Position numbers and translations under genes: made by a program
Origin: Flavobacteriales bacterium
GTDB taxonomy: Bacteria > Bacteroidota > Bacteroidia > Flavobacteriales_D > Sanyastnellaceae
DNA length: 62,192 bases
Reading direction: 5' to 3'
Assembly (NCBI GenBank): GCA_016777435.1
Contig: JADHRK010000001.1
Location: 1-62,192 of the forward strand
Notes under the pieces: generated by a model
Databases searched by the model: none
The model's input: the letters and a program-made list of their open reading frames with translations, nothing else
Told to the model about the DNA's origin: nothing
Part shown: positions 48,294 through 57,258 of the stretch, in pieces
How the letters are laid out: every line of letters begins with the position of its first letter
Position numbering within the stretch: the stretch's first letter is position 1

Positions 48294-49529
48294 TTAAGAC
48301 AATTCGTCTTTCAAGATTTTCAAGACTTCGCGAATCGTTTCCAATTCAAGGTCGGTACGATTGACCAAAAATTCTTCATCACGGTTCAAAACAGAGCGCG
48401 CTGTTTCGAGTCCAATTTTGACAAATTCCTCCAAGATCCACGCATCGATTTCATCAGAAAATTCGGTCAATTCAACATCATCTGAAGAATCGTCCTCATC
48501 GCGGTAGACATCAATTTCGTAATTAGTCAGGAGTCCGGCCAACTTGATATTGTTCCCTCCCTTTCCGATGGCCAAACTGACTTGGTCAGACTTGAGAAAA
48601 ACCTTGGCCTCACGGGTTTCCTCATTCAATTCTATGGAAGAAATTTTCGCAGGGCTCAGTGAACGGGTCACAAGGAGCTGTTCGTTCTCCGTGAAATTGA
48701 TCACGTCGATGTTTTCATTCTTCAGTTCGCGGACAATGCTGTGAATCCGTGAGCCCTTCATCCCGACGCACGCGCCAACGGGATCAACACGTTCATCATA
48801 AGATTCAACGGCAACTTTGGCTCGTTCACCTGGTGCGCGAACGACTTTCTTAATGGTAATGAGACCGTCTGCAATCTCCGGCACCTCCTGCTCAAACAAC
48901 CGCTCCAAAAATTCAGGGGCGGTGCGGGACAATACAATGCGGGGGTTGTTGTTCTTCATCTCAACGGCTGAAACCACGGCTCGCACGGTGTCGCCCTTCT
49001 TGAAGAAATCCCCAGGAATTTGACTTTCACGCGGCATCACTACCTCATTGTCTTCGTCATCAACGAGCAAAATCTCACGCTTCCAGATTTGGTAAACTTC
49101 TGCAGAAATCACCTCGCCAACCCGCTCCTTGTAGAGCTGATAGATGGCGTCTTTTTCGAGGTCCATGATGCGCCCGGCGAGGTTTTGCCGCAAGGACAAA
49201 ACGTTGCGGCGACCAAACGATTCCAATTTGATTTCCTCTGATACTTCTTCGCCAACTTCGAAATCATCCTCAATTTTCAGGGATTCCGAAAGTGCGATTT
49301 CCTCGTTTTCATCTTCCACCTCACCATCGGCTACGATGACTCGGTTTCTCCAAATTTCCAAATCACCCTTATCCGGGTTGATGATGATATCAAAGTTCGA
49401 GTCATCCCCATATTTTTTGAGGATCATGGCTCGGAAGACATCTTCCAAAATACCCATCATGACCTCGCGGTCGATGTTCTTAAATTCTTTGAACTCCTTG
49501 AAGGAATCTACCAAATTGAGCTGTGTCAT
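48294..49529 (-). CDS. nusA: Transcription termination/antitermination factor NusA
   Basis: An N-terminal domain, an S1 domain and two KH domains (PVGACVGMKGSRIHSIVRELKNENIDVI, ...LAIGKGGNNIKLAG). Confidence 0.95.
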   Translation of the reverse strand: MTQLNLVDSFKEFKEFKNIDREVMMGILEDVFRAMILKKYGDDSNFDIIINPDKGDLEIWRNRVIVADGEVEDENEEIALSESLKIEDDFEVGEEVSEEIKLESFGRRNVLSLRQNLAGRIMDLEKDAIYQLYKERVGEVISAEVYQIWKREILLVDDEDNEVVMPRESQIPGDFFKKGDTVRAVVSAVEMKNNNPRIVLSRTAPEFLERLFEQEVPEIADGLITIKKVVRAPGERAKVAVESYDERVDPVGACVGMKGSRIHSIVRELKNENIDVINFTENEQLLVTRSLSPAKISSIELNEETREAKVFLKSDQVSLAIGKGGNNIKLAGLLTNYEIDVYRDEDDSSDDVELTEFSDEIDAWILEEFVKIGLETARSVLNRDEEFLVNRTDLELETIREVLKILKDELS

Positions 49530-49578
49530 GCTTTCAATGTTTGCTGCTCGCAGTTAATAATACCTGATTGTTGTCTTA

Positions 49579-50052
49579 CTATTTCTTCTTGAATGAAACT
49601 TGGACCTTCGTCCAATCCAATGCTTCCAGTGCGTAGGCGTGATCCTCCTCTACCCATTCCTTGGCCTTCCGGCCTTCAATGCGACGTTTTTCTCGGATTT
49701 GAATGATGATTTCATCCTCCGTCGCAGCAATCAATTTGCCCGCCACTTTTCCTGCATCACGAATTTTCAACTGAACATCGCGGCCAATGTTCTTTTGATA
49801 CTGTCGATGCATTTTCAAAGGCTGATCCAGTCCCGGTGAGCTTACGTCTAGAGAAAAATCCTCTGCATCCCGGTCCAGTTCATCTTCCAAGTGCCGGCTC
49901 AAAGCAATGCACTTGGCAATGCTCGTTCCTTCGTCATCGTCCAACAATATCGAAATCGCATTTCCCTCGCTCACCCGCACGTCCACCACAAAGCCTGTAC
50001 CTCCTTCGAGATAGGCTTTTGCGAGGTTACGAACGTTTTGTTCTTGGATCAC
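49579..50052 (-). CDS. rimP: Ribosome maturation factor RimP (GTG start)
   Basis: FVVDVRV...ISILLDDDEGTSIAKCIALSRHLEDELD...FSLDVSSPGLDQPL. No in-frame ATG is available near the N-terminus. The GTG at 50052 is the first possible start. Confidence 0.85.
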   Translation of the reverse strand: MIQEQNVRNLAKAYLEGGTGFVVDVRVSEGNAISILLDDDEGTSIAKCIALSRHLEDELDRDAEDFSLDVSSPGLDQPLKMHRQYQKNIGRDVQLKIRDAGKVAGKLIAATEDEIIIQIREKRRIEGRKAKEWVEEDHAYALEALDWTKVQVSFKKK

Positions 50053-50106
50053 GTGTGTGCGTTTGGTGAATACTCGGCGATCGAAGGTTGCAGATTTCTA
50101 CAACAA

Positions 50107-50133
50107 AAAAGAGGGGTGTTGGGCCCCTCTTTT
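50107..50133 (-). terminator. Intrinsic-terminator-like hairpin in the rimP-nusA-infB leader (candidate attenuator)
   Basis: The minus strand reads AAAAGAGGGGCCCAACACCCCTCTTTTTTGTTG. This is a 10-bp stem with a GAGGGG/CCCCTC core, a 7-nt loop and a T6 tract. It lies about 50 nt upstream of the rimP start and downstream of a -7 box. Confidence 0.45.
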
Positions 50134-50159
50134 AATTCTTTCGCTTTTTGTTATCCGTA

Positions 50160-50167
50160 CAAAGATA
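50160..50167 (-). promoter_or_regulatory. Bacteroidota-type -7 promoter box for the rimP operon
   Basis: The plus strand reads CAAAGATA, which is TATCTTTG on the minus strand. It lies about 108 nt upstream of the rimP GTG. Confidence 0.3.
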
Positions 50168-50249
50168 GCGCATTCTCATGGAATTCCTCATTCGAAATTT
50201 GCGAAGTGGCACTATTTTCGGCATGACCATTCAATCCAAACCTCGCACC

Positions 50250-50939
50250 ATGTCTTACGTTCTGCAGATGATCGAAGAGGGAGAGCACCAATCCCAAGAC
50301 TTCAAGATGCGGGTGGACGATGCGCGCAAGATTGCTCGAACCATCGTCGCATTTGCAAACAGTGACGGAGGACGCCTGCTGATCGGAGTGAAGGACAATG
50401 GAGGAATTGTCGGGGTTCGTGCCGAAGAAGAGGTCCACGTGATCGAAATGGCGTGCCAGTCGCACTGCAAACCCCCTGTGCCGTTCGAGGCGCAAATTTG
50501 GAAAGCCGAAGGGAGGTCCGTGCTCGAAATCCGCGTGCCACGCTCTGCCGGAAGGCCGCACTTCTGCGAAGACGAGCAAAACCAATGGCGCGCCTATCTC
50601 AGGCAAGATGACCGCATCCACCGAGCCAGTCCTGTTCAAGTGAAAGTTTGGCAATACGAGATGCGCATGGATCGATCGGAGTTCCGCTACGACCAGCACA
50701 TCGGCAAACTGTTCGCTGCATGGCGTAGCGGCCGGCAATTGGGCTTTCGGCAGGTCGCACGAATGGGACGGATGTCTTTCGGTGATGCCGAGGACTTGCT
50801 CTGTCTTTTGGTGGTCTGGGGCATCGTTGAATGGGAGCGCGGTCCGAAAGGGCTCACGTATGCTTTGTCCGATGAAACCGCTCTCGACCAATTGGAGACC
50901 CACGGATCTGAATCGTTTCGTTGGAAAAATTATTCGTGA
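50250..50939 (+). CDS. AlbA_2 (Schlafen-like putative DNA-binding) domain protein with a C-terminal wHTH-like region
   Basis: EEGEHQSQDFKMRVDDARKIARTIVAFANSDGGRLLIGVKDNGGIVGV is the classic AlbA_2 N-terminal pattern. Start is uncertain (ATG at 50178, 50223 or 50250). I chose 50250 because a near-consensus box TATTTTCG ends 30 nt upstream of it. Confidence 0.6.
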   Translation: MSYVLQMIEEGEHQSQDFKMRVDDARKIARTIVAFANSDGGRLLIGVKDNGGIVGVRAEEEVHVIEMACQSHCKPPVPFEAQIWKAEGRSVLEIRVPRSAGRPHFCEDEQNQWRAYLRQDDRIHRASPVQVKVWQYEMRMDRSEFRYDQHIGKLFAAWRSGRQLGFRQVARMGRMSFGDAEDLLCLLVVWGIVEWERGPKGLTYALSDETALDQLETHGSESFRWKNYS

Positions 50940-51002
50940 CTACGAGGCAATATCCCGAACTTTGAGGCGTAACGTTTGAGCCAAGAAGAGCTGAAAAACC
51001 CC

Positions 51003-53510
51003 ATGAACATGTGCCCATTGTATCGGAACATCACCTTGATCTGCATCGCAATCGCAATGCAAGGGAGCACATTGGTGTTCGGACAATTCTCCCCCTCGGT
51101 CGAGGCCGATGGCCAAGAAAATAGACAAACAGGGTCCTGGTCGGATTACTTTCCCTACCACCAAACACAAGAATTAGTCCATTGCCAAAGCGAATCGGAA
51201 GGAACCGCATTTTGGGCAGTGCGCACAGAGCAGGCCTTATTTCTTTACCACGAAAACGACAATAGTCTGCAGCGGCTCACCACCGTAGAAGGCATGAGCG
51301 AAAGCAATCCCACCGCGCTCGCTTGGGATGAGGACGGCGAAATTCTAATGGTCGGTTATGCCTCAGGAAAATTAGACTTGTTTTCCAATTCAGGCGACTG
51401 GCTGTATACGTTCAATGACATTCCACAGAGCAATCTCATCGGTGATAAGTCGATTCTTCAACTGATGTGGGGAGGGCCCAATGACCCTGACATGGTTTAT
51501 GCCGCTTGTGGTTTCGGGATTGTTGCGATGAACATCCGCTCGCTCGATGTCCGGGATACGTGGTACCTCGAAGGACAACAAAACCTCCGTCGATGCGCTG
51601 GAATTGCGGTACAGGATGCAGGAAATGCAGCCCCCATCTATGTTGTTTGGACCGATGCCGGTGTTTTTGAAGCGCCTACAAACCATCCATTTCTGAGTTC
51701 CCCAGAAGCCTGGACCCGGTGGAGTGACATTCCACTCGAGACCGCTTCGTATGCCGACGTGGCATTTGCACCGGACGGGGATGTCGTGGTCCACATGAAA
51801 ACCGGAGATGCTTCAAATCCAGACGAACTGTGGCTATTAAATGACGGTTTGTGGTCTGCTTTTCCAGGTTGGGAAAGCGGTGTTGTATTGGACCTCGAAA
51901 CAACCGAAATCAATGCGAGCAATCCCGACTGGCGGATTGCCATCGCTGACTTTCAATCCATTCGATTGTTCAATGCAAATTGGGAGCAAGTGCAATTGGA
52001 CTACGCAGCGGACGGGATTCCGCTCCGGGTGCGCGACATGGCGTTCAAAAACAAAATCACTGTGGTCGGAGACGAGACGATTGAAAGTTTTCAAGACTTG
52101 TTCATCGCAAACAATGAACAAGGCCTCTTGAAAATGGACATTACTGGCGAAGAACAAGACGACCACTGGGTGTTGGATGGACCGCCTGTGCCTTTGGTCC
52201 GGGACATTGACGCCTGGAATGACCGAGTGTGGATTGCCTCCGGAGGGATCGATGCCACTTGGACCAACATGTACCACAAGCACGGTTTTTATGGCTTTCA
52301 AGGCAATGACTGGCGTTGGATCAACCTCGGAGAAGGTGAAAACAATGTCAGCGGGATCAATGACCCGATGTGCGTTTCAATCGATCCATTGAATCCAAAT
52401 CATGCCTATTTCGGCACGTGGGAAGAAGGCCTCATCGAAGTGCTGGATGACGAGGTTGTCGCCATTTTCAACGCAGCCAACAGCCCACTGCAATCGGCTG
52501 ATTTTGGGGGGTCCCCTCGCATCGGTGTTGGCGGCGTGGACTTTGATGCGTTTGGCAACCTTTGGTTCACCAATGCTTATGCGGAAAACGGCCTGCACGT
52601 GCGTCTTAAAGACGGTACATTCGAGTCCATGGGTTTGGGGAATGCGCTGGGCAACGACGGTTGGCTCGGCCAAGTGCTCGTAGCGCGAAACGGCTATATC
52701 TGGTGCATCATGCCCCGGAACCAAGGCCTGCTCGTTTACGACACAAACAAAACGCCCGAAAACACCAACGATGACGATTGGCGCGTTTTAACTTCGGATG
52801 CAAACCAAGGAGGATTGCCTTCGGATGATGTTTATTCGATTGAAGAAGATTTGGATGGTGAAATTTGGGTCGGAACCGCTGCTGGACCCTGCGTGATTTA
52901 CTTGCCCAGTCTGGTGTTCGATACGAGCAATGAAAACCCTGTTGCCTCACAAATACTGATCCAGCAAGATGGCAATTTCCAATTGCTGCTTGAAACGGAA
53001 GTCATACAAAGCATTTGCATCGATGGTGGAAATCGAAAATGGCTCGGCACGCAAAATTCGGGGGTGTACCTACTCAGTTCCGACGGAACTTCTGAAGTTG
53101 CCCATTTCGAAACCGAAAACAGCCCCCTCCCGAGTGACCGGATTTTTGACATTGCCATCAATCATCGCAATGGCGAAGTTCTGATTGGAACCGACCGCGG
53201 AATGATGGGTTGGCGCAGCGATGCCAATAATTTCGTTGTTGAAATTGATCAATTGCGCGCATACCCCAATCCAGTGACCGCCGATTTCGAAGGATGGATC
53301 ACCATTGACGGGCTGGCTTACGAATCCACTGTTCACATCACAACATCCTCCGGGAGAGTGGTTGCCCAGCTGGAGTCTGAAGGCGGACGCGCAGTATGGG
53401 ATGGATTGGACTGGGGTGGACAACCTGTTGGATACGGGGTTTACCTGGTCTTTGCAACGGATGAAAAGGGTGACTCTGCCGGAACGACTAAGTTCGCCAT
53501 CATGCGCTGA
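51003..53510 (+). CDS. porZ: Double beta-propeller (two-component-regulator-propeller type) protein with a T9SS CTD; PorZ-like T9SS component
   Basis: Signal peptide MNMCPLYRNITLICIAIAMQGSTLVFGQ. The N-terminus is WSDYFPYHQTQ...VEGMSESNPTALAWDEDGEILMVGYASGKLDLF. Repeated propeller blades follow. The C-terminus is AYPNPVTADFEGWITIDGL...YGVYLVFATDEKGDSAGTTKFAIMR. Size and architecture match PorZ as I remember it. Confidence 0.55.
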   Translation: MNMCPLYRNITLICIAIAMQGSTLVFGQFSPSVEADGQENRQTGSWSDYFPYHQTQELVHCQSESEGTAFWAVRTEQALFLYHENDNSLQRLTTVEGMSESNPTALAWDEDGEILMVGYASGKLDLFSNSGDWLYTFNDIPQSNLIGDKSILQLMWGGPNDPDMVYAACGFGIVAMNIRSLDVRDTWYLEGQQNLRRCAGIAVQDAGNAAPIYVVWTDAGVFEAPTNHPFLSSPEAWTRWSDIPLETASYADVAFAPDGDVVVHMKTGDASNPDELWLLNDGLWSAFPGWESGVVLDLETTEINASNPDWRIAIADFQSIRLFNANWEQVQLDYAADGIPLRVRDMAFKNKITVVGDETIESFQDLFIANNEQGLLKMDITGEEQDDHWVLDGPPVPLVRDIDAWNDRVWIASGGIDATWTNMYHKHGFYGFQGNDWRWINLGEGENNVSGINDPMCVSIDPLNPNHAYFGTWEEGLIEVLDDEVVAIFNAANSPLQSADFGGSPRIGVGGVDFDAFGNLWFTNAYAENGLHVRLKDGTFESMGLGNALGNDGWLGQVLVARNGYIWCIMPRNQGLLVYDTNKTPENTNDDDWRVLTSDANQGGLPSDDVYSIEEDLDGEIWVGTAAGPCVIYLPSLVFDTSNENPVASQILIQQDGNFQLLLETEVIQSICIDGGNRKWLGTQNSGVYLLSSDGTSEVAHFETENSPLPSDRIFDIAINHRNGEVLIGTDRGMMGWRSDANNFVVEIDQLRAYPNPVTADFEGWITIDGLAYESTVHITTSSGRVVAQLESEGGRAVWDGLDWGGQPVGYGVYLVFATDEKGDSAGTTKFAIMR

Positions 53511-53526
53511 TGCCTTAAATTGGACC

Positions 53527-54720
53527 ATGGCCCCCTGGAAATCCAAATTGCCCGACGTCGGCACCACCATTTTCACCGAAATGAGCGCCCTTGCTCAACA
53601 GCACGGGGCCCTGAACATGAGCCAGGGTTTTCCGGATTTCAATCCTCCCGCAGTACTTCAAGAATTGGTGCATCAGTCCATGCGAGACGGACACCACCAG
53701 TACGCTCCCATGGCGGGAAACCTCAAATTGCGCGAATGGATTGCCGCTGACACCGAGCAGCGGACGGGACACACGTGTTCTCCGGATTCCGAAATTACCG
53801 TTGGTGCGGGTGCTTCGTCGTTGATTTTTGCCGCCATCCAAGCCATCGTGCACCCAGGTGATGAAGTTGTCGTTCTCGCTCCTTGTTATGACCTGTATCA
53901 ACCTGCCGTACAACTGGCTGGAGGGAAGCTTCGGATCGTCCCCTTGAAAAGCGGCAATTTTCACTTCGATTTTGATGCGCTTGCTGACGCCATTACAACC
54001 GAAACCCGCCTCGTCATCACCAACATTCCCAACAACCCCACTGGAGCAACATGGACGTTGGAAGAGCTGGATCAATTGGCCGATTTGATTCGGGAGACGG
54101 ACGCTTTGATCTTGAGCGATGAAGTTTACGGACCCATGGTGTACGATGGCCAGTCCGCATTATCCATCCTGCACTCGCCAGCGCTTCGCGAACGCAGCTT
54201 GGTCGCTGCGTCATTCGGGAAAATACTGCACGCCACAGGCTGGAAAATCGGGTACATCATTGCACCTAAAAATTGGACCGATGAAATTCGGAAAGTCCAC
54301 CAATACGATGTTTTTTCCACGGGCGCTCCTTTTCAAGAGGGCATTGCTCGGTTTCTATCAAGTGCCTCGGGACAAGCACACCTCAGCGAATTGGCACCCT
54401 TTTATCAAGAAAAGCGAGACCGCCTGCTCAAAGGGTTAGCAGGCAGTCAATGGCGATTTGAGCCGGCAGAGGCTGGGTATTTTCAAGTCCTTGATTACAG
54501 CCCTTTCGATGAACGTGATGATCGCGCAGTAACCCAGTCTTGGTGCAAACAACCAAAGGGGCTAGGCATCGCGCTAATTCCACTTTCCCCATTCTATCCC
54601 GCGCAAGATTCGAGCCTGAAACCACCCCAAAAAGTCCGGGTCTGCTTCGCAAAAAACACAGCCACTTTGGACGAGGGTATCCAACGTTTGCTGCACCTTC
54701 CATCCCTGCAGAAAAAATGA
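53527..54720 (+). CDS. ybdL: Methionine/glutamine aminotransferase (class I/II, YbdL-like)
   Basis: SKLPDVGTTIFTEMSALAQQHGALNMSQGFPDF...HQYAPMAGN...SFGKILHATGWKIGY...KVHQY is near-collinear with E. coli YbdL from memory. The track ORF's upstream extension overlaps the porZ-like gene. Confidence 0.85.
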   Translation: MAPWKSKLPDVGTTIFTEMSALAQQHGALNMSQGFPDFNPPAVLQELVHQSMRDGHHQYAPMAGNLKLREWIAADTEQRTGHTCSPDSEITVGAGASSLIFAAIQAIVHPGDEVVVLAPCYDLYQPAVQLAGGKLRIVPLKSGNFHFDFDALADAITTETRLVITNIPNNPTGATWTLEELDQLADLIRETDALILSDEVYGPMVYDGQSALSILHSPALRERSLVAASFGKILHATGWKIGYIIAPKNWTDEIRKVHQYDVFSTGAPFQEGIARFLSSASGQAHLSELAPFYQEKRDRLLKGLAGSQWRFEPAEAGYFQVLDYSPFDERDDRAVTQSWCKQPKGLGIALIPLSPFYPAQDSSLKPPQKVRVCFAKNTATLDEGIQRLLHLPSLQKK

Positions 54721-55556
54721 AACGAGGCATCACCGACCTGCGCGTAGCCGCGCTTCAAACCTCTCTGCACTGGGAAGATGCAGCAGCGAATATCCAACAC
54801 ATCGAGCACTACATGTCCCTGCAGGTTGGTGAAGTTGATCTGATTGTTTTGCCTGAAATGTGGTCCTCGGGATTTAGCATGCGCCCGGAGCGTGTTGCAA
54901 TGGATTGGGACGATGCCTGGATCAAACAGACCGACCGCTGGCCTGAACCGCTCAAAGCCATGTTGCGCTGGAGCCAGGAAAAAAACGCTGCAATGGTGGG
55001 CAGTATTTCCTGCCGAATAAAATCCGATGGCCGATTCGTGAACCGTTGTTTTTTCGTTTCTCCAACCCAAGGCTTGGAATGGTATGACAAGCGCCACCTG
55101 TTCGGGTTTGCCGGCGAGGACAAAGTGTACACCGCAGGGGAAACGTCAACATCCGTCGCCTGGCGCGGATGGACATTGAACCTCCAAGTTTGTTATGATC
55201 TGCGCTTCCCCGTATTCAGTCGAAATTCGGCGGAACATCCATACGATGTTGTGGTCTATGTGGCCAATTGGCCCGCGGCAAGAATCCACGCGTGGAAGGC
55301 CCTCTTGCAGGCACGTGCCATTGAAAATCAATGTTATGCGGTTGGTGTCAACCGCGTTGGCTCGGATGGGAATGGGATTGAACACAATGGCCTGAGCCAG
55401 GTGTTTCACCCCAAAGGACACGCCTTGGCATCGACCGCCTCGAACGAAAGCACTTGGCTTACCGCCACGCTGTCAGCGAACGAATTGCTAGACTTTCGGT
55501 CTAAATTCCCTGTACTCGAAGATGGCGACTCGTTTGAAATCAAACAAAGGCATTGA
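54717..55556 (+). CDS. yafV: Omega-amidase / carbon-nitrogen hydrolase (YafV-like)
   Basis: ATGA overlap with ybdL. LPEMWSSGF, YDKRHLFGFAGEDKVYTAG, WRGWTLNLQVCYDLRFPVFSRN, YVANWPAARIHAWKALLQARAIENQCYAVGVNRVGSDGNG. Confidence 0.85.
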   Translation: MKRGITDLRVAALQTSLHWEDAAANIQHIEHYMSLQVGEVDLIVLPEMWSSGFSMRPERVAMDWDDAWIKQTDRWPEPLKAMLRWSQEKNAAMVGSISCRIKSDGRFVNRCFFVSPTQGLEWYDKRHLFGFAGEDKVYTAGETSTSVAWRGWTLNLQVCYDLRFPVFSRNSAEHPYDVVVYVANWPAARIHAWKALLQARAIENQCYAVGVNRVGSDGNGIEHNGLSQVFHPKGHALASTASNESTWLTATLSANELLDFRSKFPVLEDGDSFEIKQRH

Positions 55557-56718
55557 GGCCAGTAACGTCCAAACCGGTAATCAATAAGTGAATGTCGTGG
55601 GTGCCTTCATAGGTCACAACGGATTCCAAATTCATCATATGGCGCATGATTGAATATTCGCCGGTGATGCCCATTCCACCGAGCATTTGACGCGCGTCAC
55701 GAGCAACGGTCAAGGCCATGTCAACGTTGTTGCGCTTGGCCATTGAAATCTGAGGCGAAGTGGCTCGGCCCTCATCGCGCAACTGCCCCAAGCGGTGAGT
55801 CAGAAGCTGTGCCTTGGTGATCTCGGTGATCATCTCGGCCAACTTCTTTTGCTGCAATTGGAATTGACCGATGGGGCGATCAAACTGGATGCGTTCCTTC
55901 GCGTAGCGCAGCGCAGTATCGTAACAATCCAGCGCCGCTCCAATCGCTCCCCAAGCAATGCCATAACGCGCAGAATCGAGGCAGCTGAGAGGCGCTCCAA
56001 GACCATCGCGTCCGGGCAAGATGTTCGTCTTCGGAACACGCACATTGTCAAAAATCAATTCCCCTGTGTCCGAAGCGCGTAAACTCCATTTTCCATGCAT
56101 CGTTGGCGTCGTAAAACCATCCATGCCTCGCTCCACGAGGATTCCTTTGATTCTACCTGCTTCATTCTTCGCCCAAACAACTGCAACATGAGCAAAAGGT
56201 GCATTGGAAATCCACATTTTTGCTCCGTTCAAAATGACATCGTCGCCGTCTTCTTTAAAGTGGGTGGTCATCCCACCCGGGTTGGATCCGTGGTCTGGCT
56301 CGGTAAGTCCAAAGCATCCCATCATTTCACCGGTTGCGAGTTTCGACAAGAACTTCTGCTTTTGCTCTTCACTCCCGTATTTCCAAATGGGGTACATGAC
56401 CAAGCTGCTCTGTACCGATGCCGTGGAACGCAAGCCACTATCACAACGTTCAAGTTCCTGCATGATCAGACCGTAGCTGATTTGATCCAATCCGGGTCCG
56501 CCATATTCCTCTGGAATGTAGGGACCGAAAGCGCCAATTTCACCCAAGCCGGGGAGCAGGTGACGCGGAAACACACATTTCTCTGCCGCATCCTCAATGA
56601 TGGGGCTGACTTCTTTCTTTACCCACTCTCGGGCAGTTTCTCGAATGAGTTTGTGCTCTTCCGTGAGCAAATCATCCAAATTGTAGTAGTCGTGGCCTTG
56701 ATAAAGATCCGTGCGCAT
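55540..56718 (-). CDS. gcdH: Glutaryl-CoA dehydrogenase-like acyl-CoA dehydrogenase
   Basis: SYGLIMQELERCDSGLRSTASVQSSLVMYPIWKYGSEEQKQKFLSKLATGEMMGCFGLTEPDHGSNPGGM and the C-terminus YEGTHDIHLLITG. Confidence 0.8.
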   Translation of the reverse strand: MRTDLYQGHDYYNLDDLLTEEHKLIRETAREWVKKEVSPIIEDAAEKCVFPRHLLPGLGEIGAFGPYIPEEYGGPGLDQISYGLIMQELERCDSGLRSTASVQSSLVMYPIWKYGSEEQKQKFLSKLATGEMMGCFGLTEPDHGSNPGGMTTHFKEDGDDVILNGAKMWISNAPFAHVAVVWAKNEAGRIKGILVERGMDGFTTPTMHGKWSLRASDTGELIFDNVRVPKTNILPGRDGLGAPLSCLDSARYGIAWGAIGAALDCYDTALRYAKERIQFDRPIGQFQLQQKKLAEMITEITKAQLLTHRLGQLRDEGRATSPQISMAKRNNVDMALTVARDARQMLGGMGITGEYSIMRHMMNLESVVTYEGTHDIHLLITGLDVTGLNAFV

Positions 56719-56747
56719 GATTCAATCCGTTATTTCGTTTGAGCCAA

Positions 56748-56755
56748 CAAAGATA
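56748..56755 (-). promoter_or_regulatory. Bacteroidota-type -7 promoter box for gcdH
   Basis: The plus strand reads CAAAGATA, which is TATCTTTG on the minus strand. It lies 30 nt upstream of the ATG at 56718. Confidence 0.35.
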
Positions 56756-56793
56756 AGGCTCGAGGCACGAAGAAATCCCCCCATCCGAACGCT

Positions 56794-57258
56794 TCATGCG
56801 CCGTTGAGTGCTTCGTATGCCTTGTCAACCTCCAGATGGCCGGTTTGATAAGCCTGCACAGCAAGCCGATCCACCAATTCGTTGTTGGGATTGCCCGCGT
56901 GGCCTTTGACCCAATGGAACTTGACACGGTGAAGGCGAAATGCAATCAAGAATCGCTTCCACAAATCTGGGTTTTTCTTGTCCTTGTAATTTTTCTTCTC
57001 CCAAGAAAATACCCAGCGCTTTTCCACGGCGTCCACGACGTATTTGGAGTCGGAATAAATATCCACTTCAAAACCCGGCTTTTTCAGCGCTTCTAAGGCA
57101 ACAATCACGGCAAGCAACTCCATCCGATTGTTGGTGGTGCGGCGAAACGCTCCGCTCATTTCTTTCCGGTGCTCACCTGACATGAGCAATGCTCCATATC
57201 CTCCGGGACCGGGATTCCCACTCGCTCCACCATCGGTGTATACCACGACTTTACCCAT
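56794..57258 (-). CDS. rnhA: Ribonuclease HI
   Basis: MGKVVVYTDGGASGNPGPGGYGALL...NNRMEL...SDSKYV...WVKGHAGNPNNELVDRLA. The ATG at 57258 overlaps the purN 3' end by 8 nt. Confidence 0.9.
   Translation of the reverse strand: MGKVVVYTDGGASGNPGPGGYGALLMSGEHRKEMSGAFRRTTNNRMELLAVIVALEALKKPGFEVDIYSDSKYVVDAVEKRWVFSWEKKNYKDKKNPDLWKRFLIAFRLHRVKFHWVKGHAGNPNNELVDRLAVQAYQTGHLEVDKAYEALNGA

Noticed and set aside
50151-50903. A 250-aa minus-strand ORF almost exactly antisense to the AlbA_2 gene
   Set aside because: The plus-strand frame carries a clear AlbA_2 signature. The antisense translation is Arg/Pro/Ser-rich with no recognisable motifs, so it is a typical shadow ORF.
53305-53526. An upstream extension of the aminotransferase ORF (and likewise 54540-54716 for the amidase and 12322-12441 for the lipoprotein)
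   Set aside because: The extensions lie inside the preceding genes in another frame. The homology-like sequence begins at the internal ATGs, which also create ATGA couplings.
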